Assembly: GCA_964354545.1 (NCBI GenBank) | Contig: CAYHAE010000001.1 | Coordinates: forward strand, 65,190 to 129,189 | Direction of reading: 5' to 3' | Source: an uncultured Planctomycetia bacterium | Lineage (GTDB): Bacteria; Omnitrophota; Gorgyraeia; 2-01-FULL-45-10; JAHFGN01 | DNA length: 64,000 nucleotides | Part shown: positions 47,395 to 58,802 of the stretch, piece after piece | Position numbering within the stretch: the first letter of the stretch is position 1 | Layout of the letters: every line of letters begins with the position of its first letter | The notes under the pieces: model-generated | The model's input: only the letters and a program-made list of their open reading frames with translations | Database searches by the model: none | What the model was told of the DNA's origin: nothing | Program-made: the position numbers and the translations under genes

Positions 47395-47636
47395 AACTCC
47401 CTCCGCTTTTTCCGTACTGCAGATGCATGCTCATCCATCACTGCGTATAAGATACTACGACGGCCGCCTGAACGCAACAGGAAAATGGCTCCGCGCACGG
47501 CAGGCGAAAAGACTTGACTTTGCGCGGAAGAGCGGTAGAATATATCCCTGTTGTAATACCGTAGTTGGAGGAGATCCTCTCCTTAAAGCTGACCATCGAA
47601 CGGAAGACGAGAGCTGACCGAACGATGGGAGGTTTT

Positions 47637-49214
47637 ATGAAGAGGATATTTTTTTTGACTTTAGTTTTATGGAGCGTGCGTGTGAGCTGCGCGCCCTGCC
47701 TTTTTGCTCAGTCTGCCGAGAGGCCATGGGCCGACAAGAGCGGCTTTTTCCGCGACAAGGCCGTGAGCGATATCCAGGTCCTCGAGGACAGGTGTTATCT
47801 TTCGACGCAGGCAGACCTCTACCGATCCGATGCAAGCCGGGAGAGGTGGGATTCGATATTCTCACTGCCGAGCGGATCGAATGAGATAAACTGCATTGCG
47901 GCCTCAGGGGACCGCGAGGTGTACGTCGGGACGACCCGGGGCCTCTTCAAATCGGGCGATGCCGGCGCGCATTGGAAGAACGTCTTCAAGACGATCGTCC
48001 CGGAAAAGAGCGACGTCCTGTGTATCGCCGTTTCGGCTTCCGCACCGGGCCATGTTGCGATCGGGACCCGGAAGGGAGTTTTCCTGTCGAAGGACCGCGG
48101 AGGACATTGGGCCGATATCTCATCGATAGTGCGGAATAAGATAACGCGGTCTGTCGCAGTCTGCGGCACATACCTTTTTGCAGGCGGAGAATGCGGTCTT
48201 TTCCGCACGGGCGATGAAGGAGTTCGCTGGGAGCGGCTCCTGGTGAGGAGCGGCACACAGGAAGAAGGGGATAGGGACAGCGGAGAGGACCGGGCGAGCG
48301 AAGAAGAGGCTGCCCCGAGCCGGGAGGTGCGGTCTATCGCAACGGACGGAGTTTCGGTATACGTTGCGCTCGATACCGTGGTATATTATTCGACTATCGT
48401 TCAAGAGTCCTGGAAGACGATGCCGGACACGGGTCTCCAGGGGCGCATTAACTGCATCCTTGTTTCGAAGAAGGCGCAGAAGATATTCGCCGCCACGTCG
48501 AAAGGCGCCTATGAGTACCTGAATGAAAGCCAGAGGTGGTCGCCATTAGAGGGTGTGCCCCGCGCGAACGTGAATAGGATCAGTTTCGAATCTTCCAGAG
48601 AGGATCTCCTGTGGGCAGCCACCGACAAGGGGCTCTTTAGAGCAGAGGCCGCGAGCGTGCTCATCGAAAGGCGCACCGAGGTCGAGGGCCGTCTCAAAGA
48701 GGTATTTGTGGGAATAGGCAACGAACCCGCCTACCGGGAACTGCAGCAGGCCGCGATCCGGCACGCGGAGGCAGGCCCTGAGAAGATACGGGCCTGGCGC
48801 ACCGGGGCGAGAGTGAGGGCGCTCATTCCCAAGATATCGTTCGGCACGGGCATGTCTCACGCAACGAATTCGGAGATCTACACGAGCGCGACGAAGGACT
48901 ATATCGTGATAGGCCCTGACGACGAATCCAGGAATTTCAGCGCGTCGATCTCCTGGGAGCTCGGCGACCTCATCTGGAGCGATGACCAGACCGCGATAGA
49001 TGTGCGTTCACGGCTCACGGTCCAGTTGAGGAACGATATCCTCGACGACCTGCGCAGGGTATATTTTGAGCGCAAGAGGGTCCAGTTTGAACTGCTCGCA
49101 ATGCCGCCGAAGGACCTCAAGGCGAGGTTCGAAAAGGAACTGCGGCTCCGCGAGCTCACCCAGGCGATAGACGACCTCACAGGGAACTATCTCTCCGACG
49201 CGATGCGGAACTGA
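47637..49214 (+). CDS. Exported beta-propeller (BNR/YCF48-like) protein with TolC-repeat-like C-terminus
   Basis: GLFKS.D.G.HW and GVFLS.D.G.HW repeats; C-terminal LIPKISF...ISWEL...helices. Confidence 0.7.
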   Translation: MKRIFFLTLVLWSVRVSCAPCLFAQSAERPWADKSGFFRDKAVSDIQVLEDRCYLSTQADLYRSDASRERWDSIFSLPSGSNEINCIAASGDREVYVGTTRGLFKSGDAGAHWKNVFKTIVPEKSDVLCIAVSASAPGHVAIGTRKGVFLSKDRGGHWADISSIVRNKITRSVAVCGTYLFAGGECGLFRTGDEGVRWERLLVRSGTQEEGDRDSGEDRASEEEAAPSREVRSIATDGVSVYVALDTVVYYSTIVQESWKTMPDTGLQGRINCILVSKKAQKIFAATSKGAYEYLNESQRWSPLEGVPRANVNRISFESSREDLLWAATDKGLFRAEAASVLIERRTEVEGRLKEVFVGIGNEPAYRELQQAAIRHAEAGPEKIRAWRTGARVRALIPKISFGTGMSHATNSEIYTSATKDYIVIGPDDESRNFSASISWELGDLIWSDDQTAIDVRSRLTVQLRNDILDDLRRVYFERKRVQFELLAMPPKDLKARFEKELRLRELTQAIDDLTGNYLSDAMRN

Positions 49215-49389
49215 ACGGCGCGCCATTTATCCGCCCCCCACGGCTCCGGCCGGATCCGTTCCTGCCTGCCCTGCCTGCAGGCACGGCAGGCGCTCCGGCA
49301 CGTTTTTGTTTTAATTTATTGTGCCGGAGGGTATACTATAGAACATAGCGCAGAACAGGAGAGAGGGCAAGAGAGGCAAAAGTCAACGC

Positions 49390-49540
49390 TTTAATCCCCT
49401 CGCAGAAATCCCCGGGTTTTAACCCGGGGATGAATGCGTTTCTGCTCGGGGAGGGAGCCTAAAGAAAAGGGGCTATAAGACAGCGAGCGAGATTACAAAA
49501 AATGAAATGGGACCCTGGCTTTCAAGCCAGGGGGCTCCAC
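49390..49540. mobile_element. IS200/IS605-end-like palindromic remnant (no transposase)
   Basis: Hairpins ccccgggttttaacccgggg and ccctggctttcaagccaggg; related short copy at 56160-56200. Confidence 0.45.
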
Positions 49541-49558
49541 TGAGGGCGGGGGGAGAGA

Positions 49559-51256
49559 ATGGAACCGGTCGAAAAGGGGCGAAGGACGGAGCATGCCGAC
49601 AGGCGCTCCCTCGTACAGATATCCGCATCCATCGCGCTCATCATTGTCGCGGGCGCCGCTTGCTATGGCAATTCGCTTGGCGGCTCGTTTGTCTGGGATG
49701 ACGCGGCGCTCGTGACGAACAATACCTGCATCAGGGGCTGGTCGAACCTGCCGAAGATATTCACAAAAGATCTGGGGGCGGGCATCGCAATGAAGTCCAG
49801 CTTCTACCGCCCGCTCCAGATGCTTACTTATATGATGGATTACTCCCTGTGGGGACTGAATCCCGCGGGATACCATCTCACCAACATGCTCCTGCACATC
49901 CTGTGCGCGCTATGCGTCTGGTGGCTCGCGGACGTCCTTTTCGGCGATCGCGCGCTTTCGGCCCTCGCGGCCCTGCTCTTCGTGGTCCATCCCGTACATA
50001 CCGAAGCCGTTACCTATATATCGGGCCGCGCAGATTCGCTGGGGCTCGTCTTCATGCTCGCCGCATTCGTCTTGTACGTAAAGCAGCTCCGTTCGGAGAA
50101 TACGGCGCTCTTCCTTTTAATGACAGCGTCCTATATATGCGCGCTCCTCTCGCGGGAGAATACCCTGATCCTTCCCGCGCTCGTGCTCGTGTACCACTAC
50201 GCGTTCAGAGAGCGCCTGAAGGCCCGGACGTTTCTCGCCCTTCTCGCCATCGCCCTTGCCTATCTCATCGTGCGCGTGACGGCGCTTCGGTCATTCCTCC
50301 TCCACGCCTCGTGCCCTACGACCCTCGCACAGAGGATGCCGGGATTTTTTGTCGCGGTCACTAATTACGTGAGGCTTCTGTTCCTGCCGTTCCACCTCCA
50401 CATGGATTACGGCGAGAAGGTCTTCCGCCTCACTGACATCAGATCGATTATCGGCATGGCGCTGATAGCGCTGATCCTGCTCGGTGCGTATATGCGCAGG
50501 CGCGATCGGGTGATATCCTTTTCGCTCTTGTGGTTTATAGTCGGACTCCTCCCCGTCTCCAACCTCTACCCCATCAATGCATACATGGCCGAACATTGGC
50601 TGTACCTCCCATCGATAGGATTCTTCCTCATCGTGGCGAAAGGCGTGGCCGTACCCGGCCGGATCGAGAACGCGCGAATAGGCGCCGCACTTCTCGCGGC
50701 GGGCCTTGCGACCTTCTACTCCTATGGGACGATCCGGCAGAACGCTTACTGGAGAGAGCCGATCGCGCTGTATGAGAGGACGTTAAAGTATGCCCCGGAG
50801 AGCGCGGCGGCTTACAACAACCTAGGCTATGAGTATTATCGAAACGGAAGGAAGGAAGAAGGCGTCGCCCTGCTGAAAAAAGCGATCGAGCTCGATCCCC
50901 GCAATGCCGCGGCATATTATAACCTCGGGAACGCATATTACGGGAGCGGAAAGGCCGATGTGGTCATGGCGCTATACAGGAAGGCGGTGGAGCTCAACCC
51001 GCATTATGCCGATGCATACAATAATCTCGGCATCGGGTACTACGACAGCGGAGACGTTCCCGAGGCGATAGCGTCATTCGAGAAGGCGATAGAGATCAAT
51101 CCGAGGTTCGGAAAGGCGTATCGGAATCTGGCGGGGGTGTATTACCACGAAAAGCAGTACGACCGTGCGATCCGCTACTGCGATAAGGCGCTCTCGCTCG
51201 GGTTTAAAGTCGACTCCGAACTGCTCGAAGCTCTCGAGCCTCTTCGGAAGAAATGA
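49559..51256 (+). CDS. TMTC-like GT-C membrane protein with C-terminal TPRs
   Basis: FVWDD, FYRPL, YHLTN.LLH, HPVHTEAV.YISGR, AEHWLYLP, TPR repeats. Confidence 0.88.
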   Translation: MEPVEKGRRTEHADRRSLVQISASIALIIVAGAACYGNSLGGSFVWDDAALVTNNTCIRGWSNLPKIFTKDLGAGIAMKSSFYRPLQMLTYMMDYSLWGLNPAGYHLTNMLLHILCALCVWWLADVLFGDRALSALAALLFVVHPVHTEAVTYISGRADSLGLVFMLAAFVLYVKQLRSENTALFLLMTASYICALLSRENTLILPALVLVYHYAFRERLKARTFLALLAIALAYLIVRVTALRSFLLHASCPTTLAQRMPGFFVAVTNYVRLLFLPFHLHMDYGEKVFRLTDIRSIIGMALIALILLGAYMRRRDRVISFSLLWFIVGLLPVSNLYPINAYMAEHWLYLPSIGFFLIVAKGVAVPGRIENARIGAALLAAGLATFYSYGTIRQNAYWREPIALYERTLKYAPESAAAYNNLGYEYYRNGRKEEGVALLKKAIELDPRNAAAYYNLGNAYYGSGKADVVMALYRKAVELNPHYADAYNNLGIGYYDSGDVPEAIASFEKAIEINPRFGKAYRNLAGVYYHEKQYDRAIRYCDKALSLGFKVDSELLEALEPLRKK

Positions 51257-51380
51257 GTGGGGCAGCGGGTGAGTGATTCCCTGGATTTGACCTGACGCGC
51301 GAGGAGAGGGAAAGTTCTATTTCAGGGAGGGGCAACTAAATTAAACCCACAACACATATTACTGTACCGGTGGTTTAATT

Positions 51381-51427
51381 TATCCTGAGCCTAGCGAAGG
51401 ATTACCCTTCGACTTCGCTCAGGGTAA
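51381..51427. repeat. REP-like hairpin
   Basis: cctgagc..gcgaagg...ccttcgacttcgctcagg. Confidence 0.65.
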
Positions 51428-51464
51428 ATGCGACCAACAATCGACATTAACATAGTGGTCGCAT

Positions 51465-51785
51465 TTAAATAACTGCCACAAGCCTGCCTGCATCGTGTGG
51501 GTCTATCTTGGTAAATTCCAATCCCGCATCGAGCTCAAAGTCTCCGCTCTCTCTCGTCCACACGATCCTGCCCATCGCCTCGATGGCCGGATCCTTTTTC
51601 TCGGGAGAAGAGATCGCCAGACTGAGGGTGTCGCCCTTTTTTACAAGGCGTGAAACTTGCAGCCTCATGCCGCTCCTCGAGATATTCTTTGTGAGCGAGC
51701 ACGACTCGATGCGCCCGATCCCGGTCATGGAATATCGGACGCTTAAGCCCTTATTGTACCTAGGATATCGCCGCTTTTCTATCAT
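51465..51785 (-). CDS. PilZ-domain protein
   Basis: EKRRYPR (RxxxR), NISRSG (D/NxSxxG), GRIVW, GLEF. Confidence 0.9.
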   Translation of the reverse strand: MIEKRRYPRYNKGLSVRYSMTGIGRIESCSLTKNISRSGMRLQVSRLVKKGDTLSLAISSPEKKDPAIEAMGRIVWTRESGDFELDAGLEFTKIDPHDAGRLVAVI

Positions 51786-51969
51786 AGTAAGTATAAATAT
51801 ACCACAAAAGTATGCGTAATGCAAGAACAAAAATGTAACCCTGATCACACTAGCCTTTAGCCTTAAAATGTTAAGAATTAAAATAGTTATTTGACAATAC
51901 GCTATTCGTGTGCGTATACTATATGGTTACCAATTTTTGAGACAACTGACACAATTTATGGAGGATACC

Positions 51970-53421
51970 ATGAGACAAAAAATCATTTTCGTAGTTGCGA
52001 CATTCATCCTTTTCCAGGCCGGGATCTGCGGCGCTCAGGATCCCATTATACCGGATTTCGAGGACGACCAGCCGAGCGGAAGTACCGCCGACTATCTCTC
52101 GGACGCGCAGTCCTCAAAAGAAGAGATGATCTCGATGATGCAGGCGATCGAGAATGCGGCTCAAACCCAATCATACTTTGTAAAGGCGAACGGAACCGGG
52201 CTCTCCGTCAACGGGCAGACCTACAAATTTTCTCTCGCGAATCAGTACTATCTTTTCTATAAATCGAAGTTAATGATCGATGATGTCTTCCAGGACGCGG
52301 CATCCCTGGGCCTGAGCGTCATCAGGACGTGGGGTTTCTGTGACGGCATGTACAAGGAAGGAGTTTCATTTCAGCCATCGCCGGGAATATATGACGAATC
52401 CGGGTTCCTGAAGATGGACTACATCCTCTACAAGGCGTCTCTGTCGAATATGAGGGTCATAATCCCGTTCGTGAACAACTGGAACGACTTCGGCGGAATC
52501 GACCAGTATGTGAACTGGTATCTCGGCAGGGCGCCGTCGACGAGCGAACATGACCTTTTCTTCACCAATGAGACGATAAAGGGATGGTATAGGAACTACG
52601 TGAGCTATTTCCTCAACAGGGTCAATACGTATACGGGCATTGCGTATAAGAACGATCCCACCGTTTTGGCGTGGGACCTCGCCAACGAGCCGAGGGCATA
52701 CACCGACACGGCGGGCCTGGTCCTCGATCCCTGGATCGACGAGATGGCCGCCTACATAAAGTCGGTCGACCCGAACCACCTCCTCTCGACGGGGGTCGAG
52801 GGCTGGTACGGATATACCGATACCGGGGTCGATTTCATCCGGAGCCAGTCATCCCCCAACATAGACATCGCGACGTTTCACCTGTTCCCGGATTATTATG
52901 GATTGACAAGCGCTCAGGCCCTTCAGTGGATACAGGACAGGGCGAATGACGCAACGAACGCGTTGAATAAGCCCGTCTATATCGGAGAATTCGGGAAGAT
53001 GGTCGACAGGAGCGCGTCCGACGCGAGCACTCAGATGAGGACGCGGGACTCGCTCTATAAGAACATTTACAGTACCGCATCGAGCGCCGGCGTCGACGGC
53101 CTCGGGTTCTGGCTCCTCTCCGGACGTCAGGACAACGGCACATTATATCCCGACTACGACCGTTTTACAGTTTATTATCCCGAAGACAGCTCCACGGACA
53201 GGGTGATAAAGTCGGGGTCCAGCCTCTTTGTTACCGCAAGCGGAGGCAAGGGCGGCAAGAAAAGTTCTACGCAGAGCATGACGAGTATCGAGTCAGAGAA
53301 GATCACTCAGGCCCAGCTCATGATGAGGCGGAACATCCTATCGGGAAAGCACTGGCTGAGCTCATATAACCAGACCAGCTTCATTCCCCGAGGGTTCGAT
53401 ACGGATCTCTTTGCGGAATAG
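51970..53421 (+). CDS. GH5 endo-beta-mannanase-like glycoside hydrolase, exported
   Basis: IRTWGF.DG, NNW.DFGG..QY, WDLANEPR (acid/base), H.FPD, IGEFG (nucleophile). Confidence 0.9.
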   Translation: MRQKIIFVVATFILFQAGICGAQDPIIPDFEDDQPSGSTADYLSDAQSSKEEMISMMQAIENAAQTQSYFVKANGTGLSVNGQTYKFSLANQYYLFYKSKLMIDDVFQDAASLGLSVIRTWGFCDGMYKEGVSFQPSPGIYDESGFLKMDYILYKASLSNMRVIIPFVNNWNDFGGIDQYVNWYLGRAPSTSEHDLFFTNETIKGWYRNYVSYFLNRVNTYTGIAYKNDPTVLAWDLANEPRAYTDTAGLVLDPWIDEMAAYIKSVDPNHLLSTGVEGWYGYTDTGVDFIRSQSSPNIDIATFHLFPDYYGLTSAQALQWIQDRANDATNALNKPVYIGEFGKMVDRSASDASTQMRTRDSLYKNIYSTASSAGVDGLGFWLLSGRQDNGTLYPDYDRFTVYYPEDSSTDRVIKSGSSLFVTASGGKGGKKSSTQSMTSIESEKITQAQLMMRRNILSGKHWLSSYNQTSFIPRGFDTDLFAE

Positions 53422-53560
53422 GCCGTACGCGCTATAGTAGAGTAACGACGTATGCTCACATCTTTCTGCAGATCTCTGGAGAAAGGAGTGAGCATATATT
53501 TTTATGTACGAAACAAATTGTACAATTTGAAATGATACATAACATTGTTTAAGCCCTGCC

Positions 53561-53664
53561 AAATCCGAAACACGAAATCCGAAACTCGAAACAATTTCGA
53601 ATTACCAAAATTCAAATGACCGAACCGATTGTTTTGAACATTTGAACATTCGGATTTCGGATTT
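53561..53664. repeat. Heptamer-based inverted repeat region (aaatccg/cggattt)
   Basis: aaatccgaaacacgaaatccgaaactcgaaac ... ttcggatttcggattt. Confidence 0.7.
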
Positions 53665-53714
53665 AAAAGGCTGTAATACAACGATGACAATATTACATAT
53701 GCACGACAATATCC

Positions 53715-53743
53715 TTGACATTTCCCGCGCGCATTCCTATAAT
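53715..53743 (+). promoter_or_regulatory. sigma70 promoter
   Basis: TTGACA-17-TATAAT perfect consensus. Confidence 0.8.
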
Positions 53744-53764
53744 AAGATCAGTTCTTTCACAACT

Positions 53765-53951
53765 ATATAGGCGCCGCAAGGCTTAATAGGGAACTCCATA
53801 CTTAAACGGAGACGGTCCCGCCGCTGTAGTCCCTCCCTCTTACCCTTAATAGAGGAAGAGGAAACCTTTTAGCACACAGGCCACTGTCCGGTATCTTTTA
53901 TGACGGGAAGGCAGCTAAAAAGGAGGGATAGTCAGAAGACCTGCCTATATA
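53765..53951 (+). ncRNA. Cobalamin riboswitch
   Basis: aatagggaa, cggtcccgccgctgta, gccactg...gggaaggc and B12 box agtcagaagacctgcc upstream of a TonB receptor. Confidence 0.93.
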
Positions 53952-54006
53952 TAACATGATGCCGGGAGAGCATCGCATATAAGGGATTCTATAAATCAGG
54001 GAATGG

Positions 54007-54036
54007 GCCCTGCTGCAGTATCAGCAGGGCTTTTTT
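54007..54036 (+). terminator. Riboswitch expression-platform terminator
   Basis: gccctgctg/cagcagggc + TTTTTT. Confidence 0.85.
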
Positions 54037-54058
54037 GTTTATTACAACGGAGGAAGAT

Positions 54059-56128
54059 GTGAGAAAAGGTGCGTTGATTTTCATTGCGTTCCTATTTTTT
54101 TCAGCTGCCGTACATTGCGAAGAAGAGAAGGGCGAATCGGGCCTCGGGAGGGCGATCGATATGCTCGCCTCGCCTTTCAGGGCGTTCATGAGCCCTTCGT
54201 ACCGGCTCGATCCGATCGTGGTGACGGCCTCTCGGTACAGCGAACCGTCGCTCCGCGCAGCCAAGAGCGTGACGGTCATCGATGAAGAGGAGATCGCCCG
54301 CTATATGCCGAGGAGCGTTCCGGAGCTCCTGAAGAAGGAGGCGGGCATACTCGTGAGGGATTACGTCGGGAACGGGAAGACCGCCCAGGTCGACATAAGG
54401 GGCTTCGGAGAACCTTCCCTTTCGAACGTGCTCGTGCTTGTCGATGGGAGGAGGACGACCCAGATCGATATGTCCGGCACGGACTGGACCCAGATCGACG
54501 TCGATTCTATAGAGAGGATCGAGATCGTGAGGGGACCGCAGACGGTGCTCTACGGCGACAATGCGACAGGCGGAGTGGTCAACATCATCACGAAGAGCGG
54601 CGCGGGCAAGAAGCCGGAGGCGGGTTTCACGTATCGTCTCGGCTCCTACAATTACGACGCATACAAGACCTTCATCCAGGGAGGCACGGATTTCCTGGAC
54701 TATTACTGCAGCGCATCGCAGTCTTCTACGGATGGATACAGGGTGAATAACCATCTCGAGACGATCGATCTGAACGGCACGATAACGGTAAAGCCGGCGC
54801 CCTACGCGCGGCTCGCGCTCTACGGCGGCTACCATAAGGATTGGTACGGGATGCCGGGCGCCCTCACCACCGCGAACTTGAACGCGTTCGGCCGCAGGGG
54901 GAGCGTCTACCCGAACGACAGGTCGAAGACGGACGATTTTTATCTCATGGCAGGCCCCGAGCTCACGGCCGACACGGACCTCGGCGAGGTCCGCGTCTCG
55001 TCCGATTTCCTCGGGAGGGGGAGAAGGGTCAGCTCGGTCTTCTATTCTACGTGGGGGACTACCGAGGTGACCAGCCACATCAAGACATTCGGCATTACCC
55101 CAAAGGTCGCCTTTACCGCCGATGTCTTCGGGATGCACAACAGGCTCATCACGGGCGTCGACTATTATGCGGATAAAGACGAGATATTGAGCGGCGACCC
55201 GGGCATCGGAAAGGACATGATCGTCATCACGAAGGACAGCGTCGGGGTCTATGCGGCTGACTCGCTCGACGTGACGCAGGCGCTGGGCGCGCACGCCGGG
55301 TACAGGGCAGAGTGGGCCATGTACAGGTTCGACCAGCAGGCAGTGATGAGGGGCAAGAATAGGAAGACGCCCTTCGAGCAGGCATATGAGGCGGGGTTGA
55401 ATTTCAGGTATAACGAGAAGTCGTCGGTCTACGCGAACTATTCCAGGTCGTTCAGGTTTCCCGCGGTCGACGAGTGGTATAGCGCGCTCTGGTCGTTCTG
55501 GGGACTGGCCGGCGGCGGGCTCAATCTCGACCTTAAGCCGCAGACGGGCAACAATTTCGAGGTGGGTATCAGGGAGAACTCCTCGAAATATCTGGGCGTC
55601 AAGGCTTCCTATTTCCTGATGGACCTGCGGCACGAGCTCTACTTCAATCCTGTCACCCTCGCCAACTCTATCTACGACAGGACCATCCGCCACGGCCTCG
55701 AACTCGAGACGCATGCGTACCTCTTTCACGGCTTTGACGCCTCGGTCAATTATACCTATGAAAAGGCCTTCTTCGTCGGTTCGAGCTTTGCGGGGAACGA
55801 GGTCCCCATGGTGCCGCGGCACAAGATCACGGGATCCATCGACTATACCTTTATGGACTGCGTGAACATCATCTATTCGGCATCCTACGTGAGCCCGATG
55901 AGGTTCACGAGCGACCAGAGGAACGTCGTCCCGCGGCTCAAGTCGTACATGACCCACGATGTCAAGCTGTCGTACAATAAATACGGGCTCTCTATCTACG
56001 GCGCGATCTACAACATCTTTAACGAGAAGTACGATGCGTACGGAGTGACGAACGCCCTCGGGACCGTCCAGAGCCACTATCCGGCCCCCGGCACAAACTT
56101 CATCGCGGGGGTCACGTACACATTTTGA
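54059..56128 (+). CDS. btuB: TonB-dependent receptor, BtuB-like
   Basis: IVVTASR, IRGFG..VLVLVDG, IERIEIVRGP..LYG.NA.GGVVNIIT plug; terminal YTF; B12 riboswitch. Confidence 0.88.
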   Translation: MRKGALIFIAFLFFSAAVHCEEEKGESGLGRAIDMLASPFRAFMSPSYRLDPIVVTASRYSEPSLRAAKSVTVIDEEEIARYMPRSVPELLKKEAGILVRDYVGNGKTAQVDIRGFGEPSLSNVLVLVDGRRTTQIDMSGTDWTQIDVDSIERIEIVRGPQTVLYGDNATGGVVNIITKSGAGKKPEAGFTYRLGSYNYDAYKTFIQGGTDFLDYYCSASQSSTDGYRVNNHLETIDLNGTITVKPAPYARLALYGGYHKDWYGMPGALTTANLNAFGRRGSVYPNDRSKTDDFYLMAGPELTADTDLGEVRVSSDFLGRGRRVSSVFYSTWGTTEVTSHIKTFGITPKVAFTADVFGMHNRLITGVDYYADKDEILSGDPGIGKDMIVITKDSVGVYAADSLDVTQALGAHAGYRAEWAMYRFDQQAVMRGKNRKTPFEQAYEAGLNFRYNEKSSVYANYSRSFRFPAVDEWYSALWSFWGLAGGGLNLDLKPQTGNNFEVGIRENSSKYLGVKASYFLMDLRHELYFNPVTLANSIYDRTIRHGLELETHAYLFHGFDASVNYTYEKAFFVGSSFAGNEVPMVPRHKITGSIDYTFMDCVNIIYSASYVSPMRFTSDQRNVVPRLKSYMTHDVKLSYNKYGLSIYGAIYNIFNEKYDAYGVTNALGTVQSHYPAPGTNFIAGVTYTF

Positions 56129-56287
56129 TCCCCTCCGCACCTGCCTGCCGGCAGGTGCTTCGGGGAGGGAGCATCGGCCTTTAGGCCGAGGGGGCTCCAC
56201 AGGCGCGCCCGGCTGCGGGGTGGTCACCGCAAAACCGCGGCCAGGCATAGTATTTTCTGCTATAAGATTGTCGCTTTCCAAAATACC

Positions 56288-56343
56288 GTCATTGCGACCC
56301 CGCACCGTATGGTGCGGGGGAAGCAATCTCTGCGACGGGATTG
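56288..56343. repeat. Partial GTCATTGCGA REP-like element
   Basis: gtcattgcga...gaagcaatc left half. Confidence 0.65.
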
Positions 56344-56550
56344 TGAACTAGATCTCGAAGCGCATTGCGGCACGATATATCCTATGCCCGCATCCCCATA
56401 CCTCACCTCGGGTATCTGTGATCAAGCTGTGAATGTTCCGATGTGCGCGGGATCTGCGATAATCCGCGTATTATCTCACCACCTTCTCCTGTGCTCACCC
56501 GCGAAATATTTTTCTTGACAAAAAGTGCGAATGCGTATAATATCATTATC

Positions 56551-56577
56551 CTGGCACTCACAGGAGAGGAGTGCTAA
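56551..56577 (+). promoter_or_regulatory. CIRCE operator (HrcA)
   Basis: ctGGCACTC-N9-GAGTGCTAA downstream of TTGACA (56515) and TATAAT. Confidence 0.9.
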
Positions 56578-56628
56578 TTTGAAGGTTCGATCACATACCG
56601 AAAAAATGAGAAAGGGGGTAAGGAAAGC

Positions 56629-56916
56629 ATGAAAATTCATCCGCTGGCAGACAGGATCATGGTAAAGGTTCTCGAGGCCAAAGAGGTGACGAAGGGAGGG
56701 ATAGTCCTTCCGGATACGGCGAAGGAGAAGCCGCAAGAGGCCGAAGTAGTAAGCGTGGGAAAAGGAAAGGTTTCTGACGAAGGCAAGGTGATAGCGCCTG
56801 AGGTGAAGGCAGGCGACAAGGTCCTGTTCGGGAAGTATACAGGCACCGAGGTTAACGTCGACGGCAACGAATACCTCATCCTGAGGGAAGAGGATATTCT
56901 CGCGATAGTGAAATAA
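56629..56916 (+). CDS. groES: Co-chaperonin GroES
   Basis: [32 protein letters not shown]. Confidence 0.98.
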   Translation: MKIHPLADRIMVKVLEAKEVTKGGIVLPDTAKEKPQEAEVVSVGKGKVSDEGKVIAPEVKAGDKVLFGKYTGTEVNVDGNEYLILREEDILAIVK

Positions 56917-56948
56917 CGGAGTGAATGAACAGCGAAAAAGGAGGATGA

Positions 56949-58589
<1,641 letters not shown>

Positions 58590-58748
58590 TCAATTCGCCT
58601 CAGCCTTACGCGAGGCGAATTGATACTCCGAACTCTGCGAGCTCGGATTTCGAAGAAATCCGAGCCGCGCTTAGAGTTCGGAGCTAGAAGAAATCCGAGC
58701 CTCATGCGGTGAACGAATGGGGCGAGGGATCAGACGTGCAGTCAAAAC

Positions 58749-58781
58749 AAGAAGGGGCGATCAACGATCGCCCCTTCTTTT
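58749..58781. terminator. Bidirectional terminator between groEL and leuS
   Basis: aagaaggggcgatc/gatcgccccttctt. Confidence 0.85.
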
Positions 58782-58802
58782 CTATCTTCTCCAGCGCCGC
58801 CC

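Noticed and set aside
54101-56326. 741-aa minus-strand ORF
   Set aside because: Antisense shadow of btuB in GC-rich codon-biased DNA; no recognisable motifs.
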